From Myxococcota bacterium (GTDB lineage Bacteria; Myxococcota_A; Polyangia; Nannocystales; Nannocystaceae), in assembly GCA_039028615.1 (NCBI GenBank), contig JBCCHT010000001.1, positions 288,001-352,000 of the forward strand: a stretch of DNA of 64,000 nt, read 5' to 3'. The notes under the pieces are model-generated. The model was given only the letters and a program-made list of their open reading frames with translations, made no database searches and had not been told where the DNA came from. A program made the translations under genes and the position numbers. Shown here piece after piece: positions 1 through 10,451 of this stretch; the first letter of the stretch is position 1; each line of letters begins with the position of its first letter.

Positions 1-1
1 G

Positions 2-493
2 AGCCAGGGGCAATGTGTGCAGTGCGGCAACACCAACGACCAAACCCGCTACCGGGCGCGCCTCGGCGACCTCGAGCGGGTCGTGTTCGCATGCCGGGTG
101 TGCGGCTTGACGTACTCCGGCGATCCCTCGCTCGTCAGCGAGCTCAGGGGTCCAAAGCTCCTGCGTGAGCGCGACCAGAGCGTCGCCCACGTCACGGTGA
201 CCAACCCGTACGACTTCCCCGTCAAGGTGTGCGCCGTCGTGGTATTCGCGGAGTTTCGTCGCGACAAGAGGCCCCACGCAGACCCCATCGTCGTGGACCT
301 GGACGCCAACGCCGAAGCCCAGCTCGAGATCCCGTTCGAAATCCCGCCAGAGACGATACCCGGCCGCCACAACCTCGGTGCATGCGTGCTGGTCGGAGCT
401 CGTTCTCACTTCATGAGGGCCCCCCTCACCATCGGCGCCCCGCTTCAGCGTATCCGTACGCGACCACCGACCGAGACCGAAGCGAAGGCCTGA
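2..493 (+). CDS. 3' part of a gene starting left of the window; CxxC...CxxC zinc ribbon followed by an Ig-like beta domain
   Basis: Frame is open from the window edge (SQGQCVQCG...FACRVCG); beta-rich C-terminus; convergent with cofC. Confidence 0.6.
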   Translation, partial: SQGQCVQCGNTNDQTRYRARLGDLERVVFACRVCGLTYSGDPSLVSELRGPKLLRERDQSVAHVTVTNPYDFPVKVCAVVVFAEFRRDKRPHADPIVVDLDANAEAQLEIPFEIPPETIPGRHNLGACVLVGARSHFMRAPLTIGAPLQRIRTRPPTETEAKA

Positions 494-505
494 AGCCCGC
501 TGGCT

Positions 506-1189
506 CTACGACGGGTCGGTAGCACCGGGCGACACCGCGGCATGACGCAGCGCGGGTGCCCTGACCACGGGCCGCTGCTCGGCGTCTCTGATGGCGCCGT
601 CGTGACCGTAGAGGCGCATGTAGTCTTCGGGTCGGTCGACGTCGAAGGCGATGCGCGGGTTGTCGTGCACGACAACCCTCGACAGCACTCGCCGTGCCGC
701 CTGCAGGTGCTGGTCGAAGCTGGTGGGATGGCCGAACGCCGTCGCAAAGCGGCGCGGCAACGACATCCCGAGCGCATTCGTGTGCCGATGATCGTGCGCC
801 CGCACGAGTACGGCCTCATGTTCGGCGAGCGCCTCGACGAGTTCCTCGACATCGGGTGCAGTCAGCCGGGGCAGGTCGGGCATCAGCACGAGCGCTGACG
901 TCACCCCCCGCGTCGCGAGATGGGCGAGCCCCGCGTCGACGACCGCGGCCAAGTCGGCGGGTTCCGAGGGGTCGCGCAACGTCGAGGCACGATGGCCTTC
1001 GGCCACGGCCTCGACCTCGACCGAATCGGTGCAGACGACGATCCCATCCACGGCGCCGGCCAGCTGCGTCACCGCATTTTCGAAGAGCGCCTGGGCAAAA
1101 CCCCAGCGAGCCCGGTCAGCCAGCACCGGCTCGAGGCGGGTCTTGCTGTGGCGGAACGACTTCTGCGGGATGAGCCCCCAGACGCTCAC
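506..1189 (-). CDS. cofC: 2-phospho-L-lactate/PEP/3PG guanylyltransferase (F420 biosynthesis)
   Basis: LIPQK..SKTRL, MPDLP, TNALG, FGHPTSF..H and FDVDRPED motifs; GTG start overlaps the cofD stop (GTGA). Confidence 0.9.
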   Translation of the reverse strand: MSVWGLIPQKSFRHSKTRLEPVLADRARWGFAQALFENAVTQLAGAVDGIVVCTDSVEVEAVAEGHRASTLRDPSEPADLAAVVDAGLAHLATRGVTSALVLMPDLPRLTAPDVEELVEALAEHEAVLVRAHDHRHTNALGMSLPRRFATAFGHPTSFDQHLQAARRVLSRVVVHDNPRIAFDVDRPEDYMRLYGHDGAIRDAEQRPVVRAPALRHAAVSPGATDPS

Positions 1190-2091
1190 CGCAATCGCTC
1201 CGCTGCGAACGCGAGGACTCGCTGGGCGAGGGCCACACGCTCGTTCCGAGATTTCATGATCGTCTCCGTCGCGAGAACGGGCAGTCCGGTAACGGAGTCG
1301 CCATGCTCGACCACCATACCCGACAACAGCGAGCCGTAGTGCCTCGCGATTGCGTCCGCGGACGCGGGGACTCCGGCCAGCTGCGGGATCATCGTCGCCA
1401 GCGGTCCCTTGATCGCGCGGCCACCGACGATCGGGCTGACGGCGACCACGACCTTCTCCTGCAGTGCCTGACGGACGCCCTCGAGTCGCAGGATCGGATC
1501 GATCGATACATAGGGATTCGACGGACCGATGATGACCACATCCGCACCTTCGATGGCCCTCAGCAGACCGGGAGCGGGCGGCGGTCGGTGCTCGAAACGA
1601 ATCGCCTGGACCTCTGGCTCCCCGCGGCGACGAACGAGCCAGTGCTGAAACGACAAGGTCCCCTCGCCGACGGTATCGACCAGCGTCGGGCAGGGCTCGT
1701 CGCTCATCGGGACGATGCGGGCCGTGATCCCGAGGGCACCGCACAGCCGGGAGGTGACCGCGCTGAGAGACTCCCCTCGGCGCATGGCGTCCGTGCGCAG
1801 CAGGTGAGTGGCCAGGTCTCGATCACCGAGCGCGAACCAGTCCGGCCCGCCGAAGGCTCGGATCTGCTCGAGCGCGCCGAAGGTCTCGTCCTTCAAGCCC
1901 CAACCGCGCGTCTCGTCGGCGAGCCCGGACAGCGTGTACATCACGGTGTCGAGGTCGGGACAGACGGACAGCCCGCAGTGGACGAAGTCGTCTCCCGTGT
2001 TCACGACCGCCGTCATCGACGGCGACAGCTCGTAGAGACCGTCGAGCAGGCGAGCGCCGCCTACCCCCCCGGACAGAGCGAGCACCTTCAT
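1186..2091 (-). CDS. cofD: 2-phospho-L-lactate transferase (LPPG:Fo)
   Basis: [43 protein letters not shown]. Confidence 0.95.
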   Translation of the reverse strand: MKVLALSGGVGGARLLDGLYELSPSMTAVVNTGDDFVHCGLSVCPDLDTVMYTLSGLADETRGWGLKDETFGALEQIRAFGGPDWFALGDRDLATHLLRTDAMRRGESLSAVTSRLCGALGITARIVPMSDEPCPTLVDTVGEGTLSFQHWLVRRRGEPEVQAIRFEHRPPPAPGLLRAIEGADVVIIGPSNPYVSIDPILRLEGVRQALQEKVVVAVSPIVGGRAIKGPLATMIPQLAGVPASADAIARHYGSLLSGMVVEHGDSVTGLPVLATETIMKSRNERVALAQRVLAFAAERLR

Positions 2092-2870
2092 GCGTAGAGG
2101 TCCTCGTGCGGGCGGCGGTTGATCTGCTGGGCCGTGTCGGCCGACGCGGGAAAGTGAAGGCCACGCACGACGACGAGCGCCCGCCCTTCCGCCGCCTGGC
2201 CCGCCACGAGATCGGCGGTGGCCGCCACTTGGTCCGCGAGCGCGGTGGTCGTGTGCTCCAAGGGCCGTCCCTGCATGTCACGCTGGTTGCGTTGATCCCA
2301 AAGTGGAGGCAACCCGGCGCAACCGATTGCCACCCCCACCGTACCCAGGCGAAACGGTCGCCCGAACGAGTCGCTGACGACGACTCCGATCCGCGGCGAG
2401 AAGACCTCTCGGAGCGCCTGCGCCGAGCGATCGGGATCCACTGGGAGCAACACTGCCCATGGACCCACGCTCGGTGTCGCATTACCGCCCGGCGCGGCAT
2501 TGCTCAGGTCGATTCCCGCATTGGCCATCACGAAGCCCAAGCGGTGTCGCACGATCAACACGCCCTTTTTTGCCCGGGAGACCATCGTTGATTCACCGAG
2601 GATCAACTCGACCAAGCGAGGGTCCTTGTCGACTTCGGCCGCCAGCGAGTTCGCGCGGGGAGAGGGCGATACCGTGCTCAAATCGACGAATCGTCCCTCG
2701 GCGCGCGAGAGCACTTTCGATGAGAACACGAGGACGTCTTCGTCCTGCAGTTCCAGGCCCGCACGTCGGAGCGCGATGATGGCCAATTGCCCGACATCGT
2801 CTCCAGACTGGACCTCTGGAAACCCGGGTACCGCTGTTACTTCCAACCGAGAATCACACCGTATTTGCAT
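2088..2870 (-). CDS. cofE: Coenzyme F420-0:L-glutamate ligase, single domain
   Basis: [31 protein letters not shown]; no C-terminal nitroreductase domain. Confidence 0.93.
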   Translation of the reverse strand: MQIRCDSRLEVTAVPGFPEVQSGDDVGQLAIIALRRAGLELQDEDVLVFSSKVLSRAEGRFVDLSTVSPSPRANSLAAEVDKDPRLVELILGESTMVSRAKKGVLIVRHRLGFVMANAGIDLSNAAPGGNATPSVGPWAVLLPVDPDRSAQALREVFSPRIGVVVSDSFGRPFRLGTVGVAIGCAGLPPLWDQRNQRDMQGRPLEHTTTALADQVAATADLVAGQAAEGRALVVVRGLHFPASADTAQQINRRPHEDLYA

Positions 2871-2907
2871 GTGACTCCGTAGCGGCGGCGACGGTACACT
2901 ACCGGGC

Positions 2908-3543
2908 TTGAAGATCGCAATCGTTGGTGGCACCGGGAAAGAGGGCAGCGGCCTCGCCGTGCGCTGGCTCAACCATGGACACACGGTCATGATCGGCTCT
3001 CGTGATGCCGACAAAGGACGAGCGCACGGTGAAAAACTCGGCGTGCAAGGCATGGGTAACGAGCAAGCCGCCGGCATGGCGGAGGTCGTCGTACTCACCG
3101 TCCCCTATTCCGCTCATGCGTCCACGCTCGAGGCCATTGCGCCACAACTGCGCGGGAAGATCTTGATCGACGTCACCGTGCCGTTGCGCCCTCCGAAGGT
3201 GAGCCGAGTCCAGCTGCCACCTGGCGGCGCCGCGGCACTCGAAGCACAAGCCATCGTCGGACCGGACACCCCCGTCGTCGCAACCCTTCATCACGTGAGC
3301 CACACGCACCTGGCCGGCACGGGAACGATCGAATGCGACGTGCTCGTGGCCACGGACGACGCTCGTGCCCGGGAGGTCACGCTGGAGCTACTCCGCGACC
3401 TCGGGCTGCGCGGACTCGATGCCGGGCCGCTCGCCAACGCGGTGGCCCTCGAGTCTCTCACGCCCGTGTTGATTCACCTCAACCGGCGATACAAGATCAG
3501 CAACGCGGGCGTCGTGTTCTCTGGCATCGGGTCGACGGACTAG
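2908..3543 (+). CDS. npdG: NADPH-dependent F420 reductase
   Basis: [39 protein letters not shown] start. Confidence 0.92.
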   Translation: MKIAIVGGTGKEGSGLAVRWLNHGHTVMIGSRDADKGRAHGEKLGVQGMGNEQAAGMAEVVVLTVPYSAHASTLEAIAPQLRGKILIDVTVPLRPPKVSRVQLPPGGAAALEAQAIVGPDTPVVATLHHVSHTHLAGTGTIECDVLVATDDARAREVTLELLRDLGLRGLDAGPLANAVALESLTPVLIHLNRRYKISNAGVVFSGIGSTD

Positions 3544-3549
3544 CTCGGC

Positions 3550-4746
3550 TCACTCTTGCACGAAGGGAGCGTCGGTCTCGCATCGGGCGACGACCCGTTC
3601 GACGAAACGCGTCGCGGCGTCGAGCTGCGGAAGCGTGACGAACTCGTCGGGGCGGTGGGCTTGCGTGATCGAGCCGGGCCCGCAGATCAACGTCGGGGTG
3701 CGCAACGACTCTTGGAACAGGCCCGCCTCCGTGCAGTAGTCGACCTGCTGCGCCGAGCAACAGTGCCCCTCGTCGTGCTCCAGCAAGGTGCCGAGGACGG
3801 CGAGAAGACCCTCGCTGCCCTGGGAGCTCAGCGCGGGTAGGCTCGCGATCTCCTCCGTCTCGATCCGCGGCAAGGGGTTCCCTTGGCGATCGCTTCCCTG
3901 GGCGGGCCGCGACTCGCACCACGCCGCGAACTTCTGCAGCAACACCTCGCCGTCGACCCCGGGCAGGTGCCGGTACTCCCACAGCAGCTCCGCGAACTCG
4001 GGCACGATGTTGATCGCCGCGCCCCCGCGGATGACCCCGAGGTTGATGGTCGTGTGCGGGTATTCGAACGTCGTCGCAGGTGGGGGCGCCGTGTTGCGCA
4101 GCTCCTCCCCACGCTTCGAGAGGTAGTCCAGCACCTGCGCCATTTCCGCTATGGCACTGACGGCATGCGTCTGGGAGCTCGAGTGACCCGCACGCCCGTG
4201 GACCGAGGTCTTGAGCAGCTTCATGCCCTTGTGTGCGTTCACGGGCTCCATGTCGGTGGGTTCACCGACGATGCAGGCCGCGGGCGTGCCGAGTCGCTTG
4301 GTCAAAATTCCCACCGCTTCTCGGGCCCCGTGGCAACCGACCTCCTCGTCGTACGTCATCAACAGGTGGATGGGAGTCTGCAACCGAGCGGGGTTCATGC
4401 GAGGCACCGTGGCCAGCACCGCGGCGATGAACCCCTTCATGTCGCAGCTCCCCCGCCCGAACAGGCGGTCTTCGGCCAGCCACGGGTCGAAGGGATCACG
4501 CGACCAATTCTGGCCATCGATGGGGACGACGTCGGTGTGCCCCGAGAGGATGACCCCAGGCCGATCGGTCGGTCCGATGGTCGCGATGAGGTTCGCCTTC
4601 AGCCCGGTGGCGTCCTTCTGAATCTCGAACTCGATGCCGAAGCCACGAAGATACGAAGCCACGAAGTCGATCAGCTCGAGGTTGGAATCGCGGCTGACCG
4701 TTGGGAAGGAAATGAGCTCCCGAGCGAGTTCAACAGTGCTTCGCAT
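3550..4746 (-). CDS. argE: Acetylornithine deacetylase-like M20 amidohydrolase
   Basis: SGHTDVVP, GRGSCDMKG, YDEEVGC, GEPT, AHRPDE. Confidence 0.88.
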   Translation of the reverse strand: MRSTVELARELISFPTVSRDSNLELIDFVASYLRGFGIEFEIQKDATGLKANLIATIGPTDRPGVILSGHTDVVPIDGQNWSRDPFDPWLAEDRLFGRGSCDMKGFIAAVLATVPRMNPARLQTPIHLLMTYDEEVGCHGAREAVGILTKRLGTPAACIVGEPTDMEPVNAHKGMKLLKTSVHGRAGHSSSQTHAVSAIAEMAQVLDYLSKRGEELRNTAPPPATTFEYPHTTINLGVIRGGAAINIVPEFAELLWEYRHLPGVDGEVLLQKFAAWCESRPAQGSDRQGNPLPRIETEEIASLPALSSQGSEGLLAVLGTLLEHDEGHCCSAQQVDYCTEAGLFQESLRTPTLICGPGSITQAHRPDEFVTLPQLDAATRFVERVVARCETDAPFVQE

Positions 4747-5053
4747 CACGAGGATCTTAGCGCACACCCAAGTGCCTGGCCCGCGAGGTCTGACGCTTCA
4801 TTTCCGCCCCGCGCGGGTGTGAACTCGAGCCGTGAGAGACCCGACCTCGACGTCGCGAATTCGCGTTGGCTCGAGGTCATGGGACACCCGACTTCGCGGC
4901 TGCTGCGCAACCTCGATTCGGCCGCCGAGACCAGCACAAAGAGCCGAAATTCGATTTTTTCGACGTGAGCGAAGAGTCTTGCCAGCGGCTGAGGCTATGC
5001 CACTATCCCTTGCACGGCGCCGGCCATACTGACGCCGACAACGAGGTTTGAGC

Positions 5054-6007
5054 ATGCCCCAAAAGCGCGTCGGACTCTGGTTTTACACCAACGAACACGG
5101 ACACGTCATTCGCCAGGAAATCGTGGACCGACTCGAGGCAGCGGGACTGGATGTCACCTACGACTTCGACATGAGGGAGTGCTACTGCCTCAACGGCCAG
5201 GTCTTTACTCGCGACGGCATCAACCTGTCCGAGATGGACGTGTTCCACTACATGAATGCAGAGGAACGCAACGACCACCAACACGACATGCTTCGTTTGA
5301 TCGAAGAGTCGGGGGTCGAGATGTTCAACTCCTACGCGTCCTATACCTACGCGAACGACAAGTTCCTCGCGAACTGCAAGCTCCGCCAAGCAGGTGTCAA
5401 TGTCGCGGACTCGATGCTGATCCCCGTCAACTTCGACGAGGACCGGATCCGGCGCATCTTCGACGAGTGGAAGAGCTTCATCATCAAGCCCCGGGACAAG
5501 ATCTGTGCAACCGGGATCATGAAGATCGACAGCTACGAGAAGTTTTACGACTTCTACTTGTTCGCCAAAGAGTTCGTCGGGAACCTGTACATCGAGCGCT
5601 ATATCCCCTTCGAGAAGCGTGACATTCGGGTCGAGATCTTCGACGACGAAGTCGTGGGCGATGGCTTCTCTCGGGTGATGGGCCACTCGTTCAAGACCAA
5701 CGTCAGGTCCGGCGGCCGCGCGACGTTCATTCCCGCCGAAGACGACGCCAAGCAGACTGCATTGGATGCTGCGCGTGCGCTCGGCATCACCACCACCATC
5801 GTCGACATGGTCCGCAACACGGAGACCGGCGAGCCGTACGTGCTCGAGGTCAACCCGCTGCTCGGCGTGTTCTACGGAGCCCACTACGCGTCGCTCGGGC
5901 AGCCGGTCCCCGAGTACTTCGCAGAGATCGACAAGGTGAAGATCGAGTACATCGTCCGTCACATCATCCGGCTCGCCGATCCTTCTGCTGCCCTTCCCAA
6001 GCAATGA
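5054..6007 (+). CDS. RimK/LysX/CofF-family ATP-grasp ligase
   Basis: NDKF, IIKP, YIERYI, DIRV, FKTNVRSGG, VDM...LEVN. Confidence 0.85.
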   Translation: MPQKRVGLWFYTNEHGHVIRQEIVDRLEAAGLDVTYDFDMRECYCLNGQVFTRDGINLSEMDVFHYMNAEERNDHQHDMLRLIEESGVEMFNSYASYTYANDKFLANCKLRQAGVNVADSMLIPVNFDEDRIRRIFDEWKSFIIKPRDKICATGIMKIDSYEKFYDFYLFAKEFVGNLYIERYIPFEKRDIRVEIFDDEVVGDGFSRVMGHSFKTNVRSGGRATFIPAEDDAKQTALDAARALGITTTIVDMVRNTETGEPYVLEVNPLLGVFYGAHYASLGQPVPEYFAEIDKVKIEYIVRHIIRLADPSAALPKQ

Positions 6008-6795
6008 ACAACCGCACCTTGCCCGGTCGCATCACGCTGTGCACCGGTGCGGCCGGTAGCATCGGTCGCGCCATCTGCCGTCGTCTGCTCGACGAGGGAG
6101 ACATCATCGTCGCCGTCGACAAGAACGAGGACGGCCTCGGTCGGCTGCGAGAAACACTGGCCGTCGCGGACGAGCGCCTTCACCTTCTGGGGGTCGACGT
6201 CACCGACGCAGAGGCGCTCGCCCGGGGGCTCGAGCCCATCACCCGCACGACGGGACCGGTGCAGCTGCTGATCAACAACGCCGGGGGCAATCGCACGACC
6301 CTGCTCGAGGAGACCTCGATTCACGACTGGAAGGCCGACATCGAGCTCAACCTCAACGCGGCGTTCTACGTCTTTCAGCAGGTGCTCCCGGGCATGCTCG
6401 CCGCAGGTCGAGGCTGCGTCCTCAACATCGGGTCGGTCAACGGCCTGTCCACCTACGGCGACCCGGCCTATAGCGCGGCCAAGGCCGGTCTCATCAGCTT
6501 CACCCGATCCATCGCCACCGAGTACGGGCGGCGGGGTATTCGGGCCAACATCATCTGTCCCGGCACGGTGAAGACCGAAGCATGGGACGAGATGCTGCGA
6601 CAGAAACCGGAGCTATTCGAACGGCTCTCGGCCATGTGCTCCCTGGGCGACATCGCTACGCCCGAAGACGTCGCCGCCTGTGTCAGGTTCCTGGCCTCCG
6701 ACGAAGCCCGTCTCATTCACGGGAGCACGTTGGTCATCGACGGAGGGCTCACCGCGGGTGTCCCGACGGTCATGAACGAGTTTACCAACGACTAG
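6004..6795 (+). CDS. Short-chain dehydrogenase/reductase
   Basis: TGAAGSIG, NNAG, YSAAK; ATGA overlap with the ATP-grasp gene. Confidence 0.92.
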   Translation: MNNRTLPGRITLCTGAAGSIGRAICRRLLDEGDIIVAVDKNEDGLGRLRETLAVADERLHLLGVDVTDAEALARGLEPITRTTGPVQLLINNAGGNRTTLLEETSIHDWKADIELNLNAAFYVFQQVLPGMLAAGRGCVLNIGSVNGLSTYGDPAYSAAKAGLISFTRSIATEYGRRGIRANIICPGTVKTEAWDEMLRQKPELFERLSAMCSLGDIATPEDVAACVRFLASDEARLIHGSTLVIDGGLTAGVPTVMNEFTND

Positions 6796-6828
6796 GACAC
6801 CTAGCCGCTGGTTGTGTGTGGAGAGAAA

Positions 6829-7971
6829 ATGTCAGCCATCATCGAGAAGTTTCATTTTGACGAGGTCGTAGTCCCGTGCCATCCGGGTTCCATCAACTCG
6901 GAGGGGCTCGACAAAGCCCTGCACCGGCAGCCCGTCGCCGGCAAGAAGGCCTGGGGCATTCAGTTCTTCGAGCTTCGCAAGCTCATCCTGCGGGTGGAGC
7001 TCAGCAACGGTGTCGTGGGTGTGGGCGAGTTCTACCGCGACCACAACTGGGGCAAGGTCAAGGGCATGGCCGAGATCCTCATCGGCCGAGACATCAACGA
7101 GTTGTCCCTGCAGGCTCTACCGATCGGCGAGTGCAGGGAGTACTTCGGCTTCGAATGCGCGCTCTACGATACGGTCGCGAAGCACCGCGGCATGCGGGTC
7201 GTCGACCTGATCGGAGGCCCCGTTCGTGAGCACGTCGCCGTCAGTGCGTGGTCGAGCCACCGAACCGTCGAGGACATCGGACCCCTCGCCGGCCGTTATC
7301 ACGAGATGGGCTACGACGTCATCAAGCTGAAGTCCGACCTCGAAGACGACGTGGTGCGCTGGTGTGAAGAGATCAAGAAGCACGCCCCCGGCATGCGCGT
7401 GATCTTCGACCCCAATGCTCGCTGGAAGAACGCGGGCTATGTTCGCGAGCGACTGCGGGGCCTCGAGCGTGTCGGCAACGTGATGCTGCTCGAAGATCCG
7501 CTGCCGCACTGGATGTATCACGAGTACGCGGAACTGCGTCGATTCAGCTCCATCCCCATCGTGCTCCACGTCTCCCCTCCATATACCGAGGAAGGCCAGT
7601 CGGTGCATGACGCGATCAATGCGATCAAGCATGGCTCGATCGACGGGTTCAACTTCAACGCAGGTGTCGACAGCTTCAAGCAACTCACGGGTGTTGCGTC
7701 CGCGGCCGGGGTCAACTGCTGGCACGGATCCGAGATCGACCTCGGCGTCCTCGAGGCGATGTTCATTCACAACGCGATCGCGGCCAAGTGCTGCGTGTGG
7801 CCCAGCGACATCTTCGGCCGCCTGCTGCGTGAACACGATCTTCTCAAGACCCCGCTTCGCATCGAGGCCCCGTACGCCTATCTTCCCGAGGGCCCGGGAC
7901 TCGGGGTCGAAGTCGATCGAGACGCGATCGAGCGCTACAAGACCGGAGAGTGGTCGCTGTCCATGTCCTGA
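6829..7971 (+). CDS. Mandelate racemase/muconate lactonizing (enolase superfamily) enzyme
   Basis: ALYD..AK, KLK, FDPN, LEDP, GPGLGVEVD. Confidence 0.85.
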   Translation: MSAIIEKFHFDEVVVPCHPGSINSEGLDKALHRQPVAGKKAWGIQFFELRKLILRVELSNGVVGVGEFYRDHNWGKVKGMAEILIGRDINELSLQALPIGECREYFGFECALYDTVAKHRGMRVVDLIGGPVREHVAVSAWSSHRTVEDIGPLAGRYHEMGYDVIKLKSDLEDDVVRWCEEIKKHAPGMRVIFDPNARWKNAGYVRERLRGLERVGNVMLLEDPLPHWMYHEYAELRRFSSIPIVLHVSPPYTEEGQSVHDAINAIKHGSIDGFNFNAGVDSFKQLTGVASAAGVNCWHGSEIDLGVLEAMFIHNAIAAKCCVWPSDIFGRLLREHDLLKTPLRIEAPYAYLPEGPGLGVEVDRDAIERYKTGEWSLSMS

Positions 7972-7980
7972 GACCGAAGA

Positions 7981-8025
7981 CTCCTTCTGCGCGGCGATGC
8001 TCGGTCATCTGCATCGCCGCAGGAG
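7981..8025. terminator. Stem-loop between convergent operons
   Basis: GCGGCGATGC-N10-GCATCGCCGC, extended by CTCCT/AGGAG; no U-tract. Confidence 0.45.
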
Positions 8026-8138
8026 GTGTCTCGACGCCCGGCCTGCCTGCTGTACGAACCCGGCTCGGCGTGGTCGCGAGGGTGAACCGAGGGTCGGGCT
8101 GACGACACTCGGTCCACTCGACGCGTACGGGTAGTCGG

Positions 8139-9047
8139 CTACGCCCGAGCCACGAGCAGCTGGATCGGCGTCTCGAACACGACGCTCCCCTGGCTGTCTG
8201 CGTGGACTGCCGCAAGCTCGGTGATGGCCTCGCGAAGCTCTTGCTTCTGCGACGTATCGAGTAAGTCGACGAGATAGCTGTCGCGCCACTGCTCCCACGC
8301 CTTCTCGACGGCGAAGCGCTTTCGAATGACGAGCCCGTCGTTCACGTCGGCCTCCACGAAGCCGCGCTCGCGGGAGAACACCGAGCGAAGGCCATCGGGG
8401 TTTCGAGTGGCGGGGTCTCCCATTTGCAGGCCCTCGATCTCGAAGCCTTTGTCGAGGAAGAAACGCCGAATGAGCGGCCCGAACTTGGTGATCGCTCCCG
8501 CTGGCGGGCGCGAGCTGGAAATCATAGCGACGAAGACCCCGCCCGTCTTCAGCACCCGACGAATCTCGGACGCGACCGGCTCGAGCGGGCGCATCAACAT
8601 GAGCGCAGCATGACAGACGATGGCATCGACGGAGCCCGTCGTCAGTGACATGGAGTGCGCCTGTTCGCAGATGAAGCGAACATTGGGCTGCGCCTCCCAC
8701 TTGCTCCGTGCGAGTTCGATCTCGTCGGGAGACATGTCGACACCAATGAACTGTGCGTCGCGGCAGCGCGTCTTCATGAGGCGCCCGATGAGATGCCCGT
8801 CGCCGCAGGCGAGGTCGACGATGGTGCCGAGCTCTTCCTTCGAATCGAGGAGTCCTCGAACGACGAGCTGATAGGAGTCGACGCCGTCGAGGACATCGTG
8901 ACCGGCGAACACCTCGGGGCTCGCCCCCGCCAGTCGGCCGTGTGCACTCCGGAGGTAGGCATTCCAGTCCTCGTCGCCGAGGGTCTCGCCTCTGAGCATT
9001 CGCGCCGCGTGATCGGAGCCGCCGTCCTTACCCTCGTCGAATTTCAT
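8139..9047 (-). CDS. Class I SAM-dependent methyltransferase
   Basis: VDLACGDG, GVDMS, RRVLKTGG. Confidence 0.88.
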   Translation of the reverse strand: MKFDEGKDGGSDHAARMLRGETLGDEDWNAYLRSAHGRLAGASPEVFAGHDVLDGVDSYQLVVRGLLDSKEELGTIVDLACGDGHLIGRLMKTRCRDAQFIGVDMSPDEIELARSKWEAQPNVRFICEQAHSMSLTTGSVDAIVCHAALMLMRPLEPVASEIRRVLKTGGVFVAMISSSRPPAGAITKFGPLIRRFFLDKGFEIEGLQMGDPATRNPDGLRSVFSRERGFVEADVNDGLVIRKRFAVEKAWEQWRDSYLVDLLDTSQKQELREAITELAAVHADSQGSVVFETPIQLLVARA

Positions 9048-9082
9048 CTGAACCTCGTCGTCTCGCCGTCACCGACAGCCAG

Positions 9083-10447
9083 CTATGCATCCGGGGCTTT
9101 GCCCCGTGCCTCTCTCATGAACGCCTCGATGTCCGCAGGAAGCCGGGGAATCTTCTCCGACATCACCGTGACGCCGTCCTCGGTCACGAGGATGTTGTCT
9201 TCGATGCGCGCCCCGATGTTCCACCAGTCTGGGTTCACGTCGGGCGTGCCGCTTCGGACGTAGATGCCGGGCTCGAGCGTCATGACCATATTCGGGAGCA
9301 GCTGTCGCCAGCGGTTTTCGTCGATGGCGTAGGTGGCTTCATCGTGGATGTCGAGCCCCAGCCAGTGCCCCATGTTGTGCATGAAGAACCGCCGCCACGT
9401 CTCCTTCTCCAGGTGCTCGTCGTAGCTGCCCGAGATGACCCCGAGGTCGAGGAGACCCGAGATGACGCGGTCGGGCACGATGCCCTGCGGGACGTCCAGA
9501 GTCACTCCGGGGCTGACCAGCGACATCAGCTCGCGCTCGATCGACAGCACGAGCTCGTACAGCGCCCGCTGCCGCCCCGAGAACCGACCGTTGGCGGGAT
9601 AGGTCACGGTGAGGTCCGACGTATAGAACTCGTACTCCGCCCCGGTATCGATCAGCACGAGGTCACCGTCTCGTACCGGCCCCGCGTTGCGCTCGCGATA
9701 GTGCGACAGGCAACCATCCACGCCCGAGATCACGGTGGGCGCGAACGATGGCTCCGCGCCTCGTCGCAGGTACTCCCGGGTGAGCTCGGCCTCCAGCTCG
9801 TACTCGTGCATGCCGGGACGCGTCGCGCTCATCACGTGCAGCAGGCCATCGACGGTGATGTCGACGGCGTGCTGCAGCAGCGCAATCTCGGCCGCCGACT
9901 TGTATAGCCGGAGTTCGGAGACCAGGGTCTCGAGCTGAGACAGGTTGGTCGGGGCCACCACGCCGCGGCGAACTTTGTACTGCACCGAGCGCAGCCACTG
10001 GGGCAGCCTCGCATGTACGACGTCGTCACGACCGAAGAGGTAGTAGACCGTGTTGATGCCGTCGAGCAGCGGGGGACCGATGTCGTCGAGTTGTTCGACG
10101 AGATATCCACGGTCCGCCCCGAAGACCTCCACCGCTTCGGTGGGTCCGCTCCGCTTGCCGAGCCACGCCTCGCGCTCCGGGACGGGGCGGCGAGTGAACA
10201 GGAGGTACTCGCAGTCGGACGCCGAGCGCCGAACGAAGACGGCCCACGCCTCCGGCTCGATGAACCCGGTGACATGGTAGAAGTGGCTTCGCGGCCTGAA
10301 CCGGTAGCAGGTGTCGAAGGTCCGCTCGACTTGGTCGGCGGTCCGCAAGATGGCCACGCTCCCGTCACACATGCGCTCGAACAGCGCTCGTCGTCGCGCG
10401 GCGAACTCGGCCGCGCCCACGGGCTCGGGTGACGGTGCGTCGGTCAC
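9083..10447 (-). CDS. pepP: Xaa-Pro aminopeptidase (M24B)
   Basis: IDTGAEY..YTSDLT, HNMGHWLGLDIHD, EPGIY, RIEDN. Confidence 0.9.
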   Translation of the reverse strand: MTDAPSPEPVGAAEFAARRRALFERMCDGSVAILRTADQVERTFDTCYRFRPRSHFYHVTGFIEPEAWAVFVRRSASDCEYLLFTRRPVPEREAWLGKRSGPTEAVEVFGADRGYLVEQLDDIGPPLLDGINTVYYLFGRDDVVHARLPQWLRSVQYKVRRGVVAPTNLSQLETLVSELRLYKSAAEIALLQHAVDITVDGLLHVMSATRPGMHEYELEAELTREYLRRGAEPSFAPTVISGVDGCLSHYRERNAGPVRDGDLVLIDTGAEYEFYTSDLTVTYPANGRFSGRQRALYELVLSIERELMSLVSPGVTLDVPQGIVPDRVISGLLDLGVISGSYDEHLEKETWRRFFMHNMGHWLGLDIHDEATYAIDENRWRQLLPNMVMTLEPGIYVRSGTPDVNPDWWNIGARIEDNILVTEDGVTVMSEKIPRLPADIEAFMREARGKAPDA

Positions 10448-10451
10448 GGGC

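Noticed and set aside
2..493. LysW-type amino-group carrier protein
   Set aside because: Has a zinc ribbon but no C-terminal EDWGE, and continues into a larger domain
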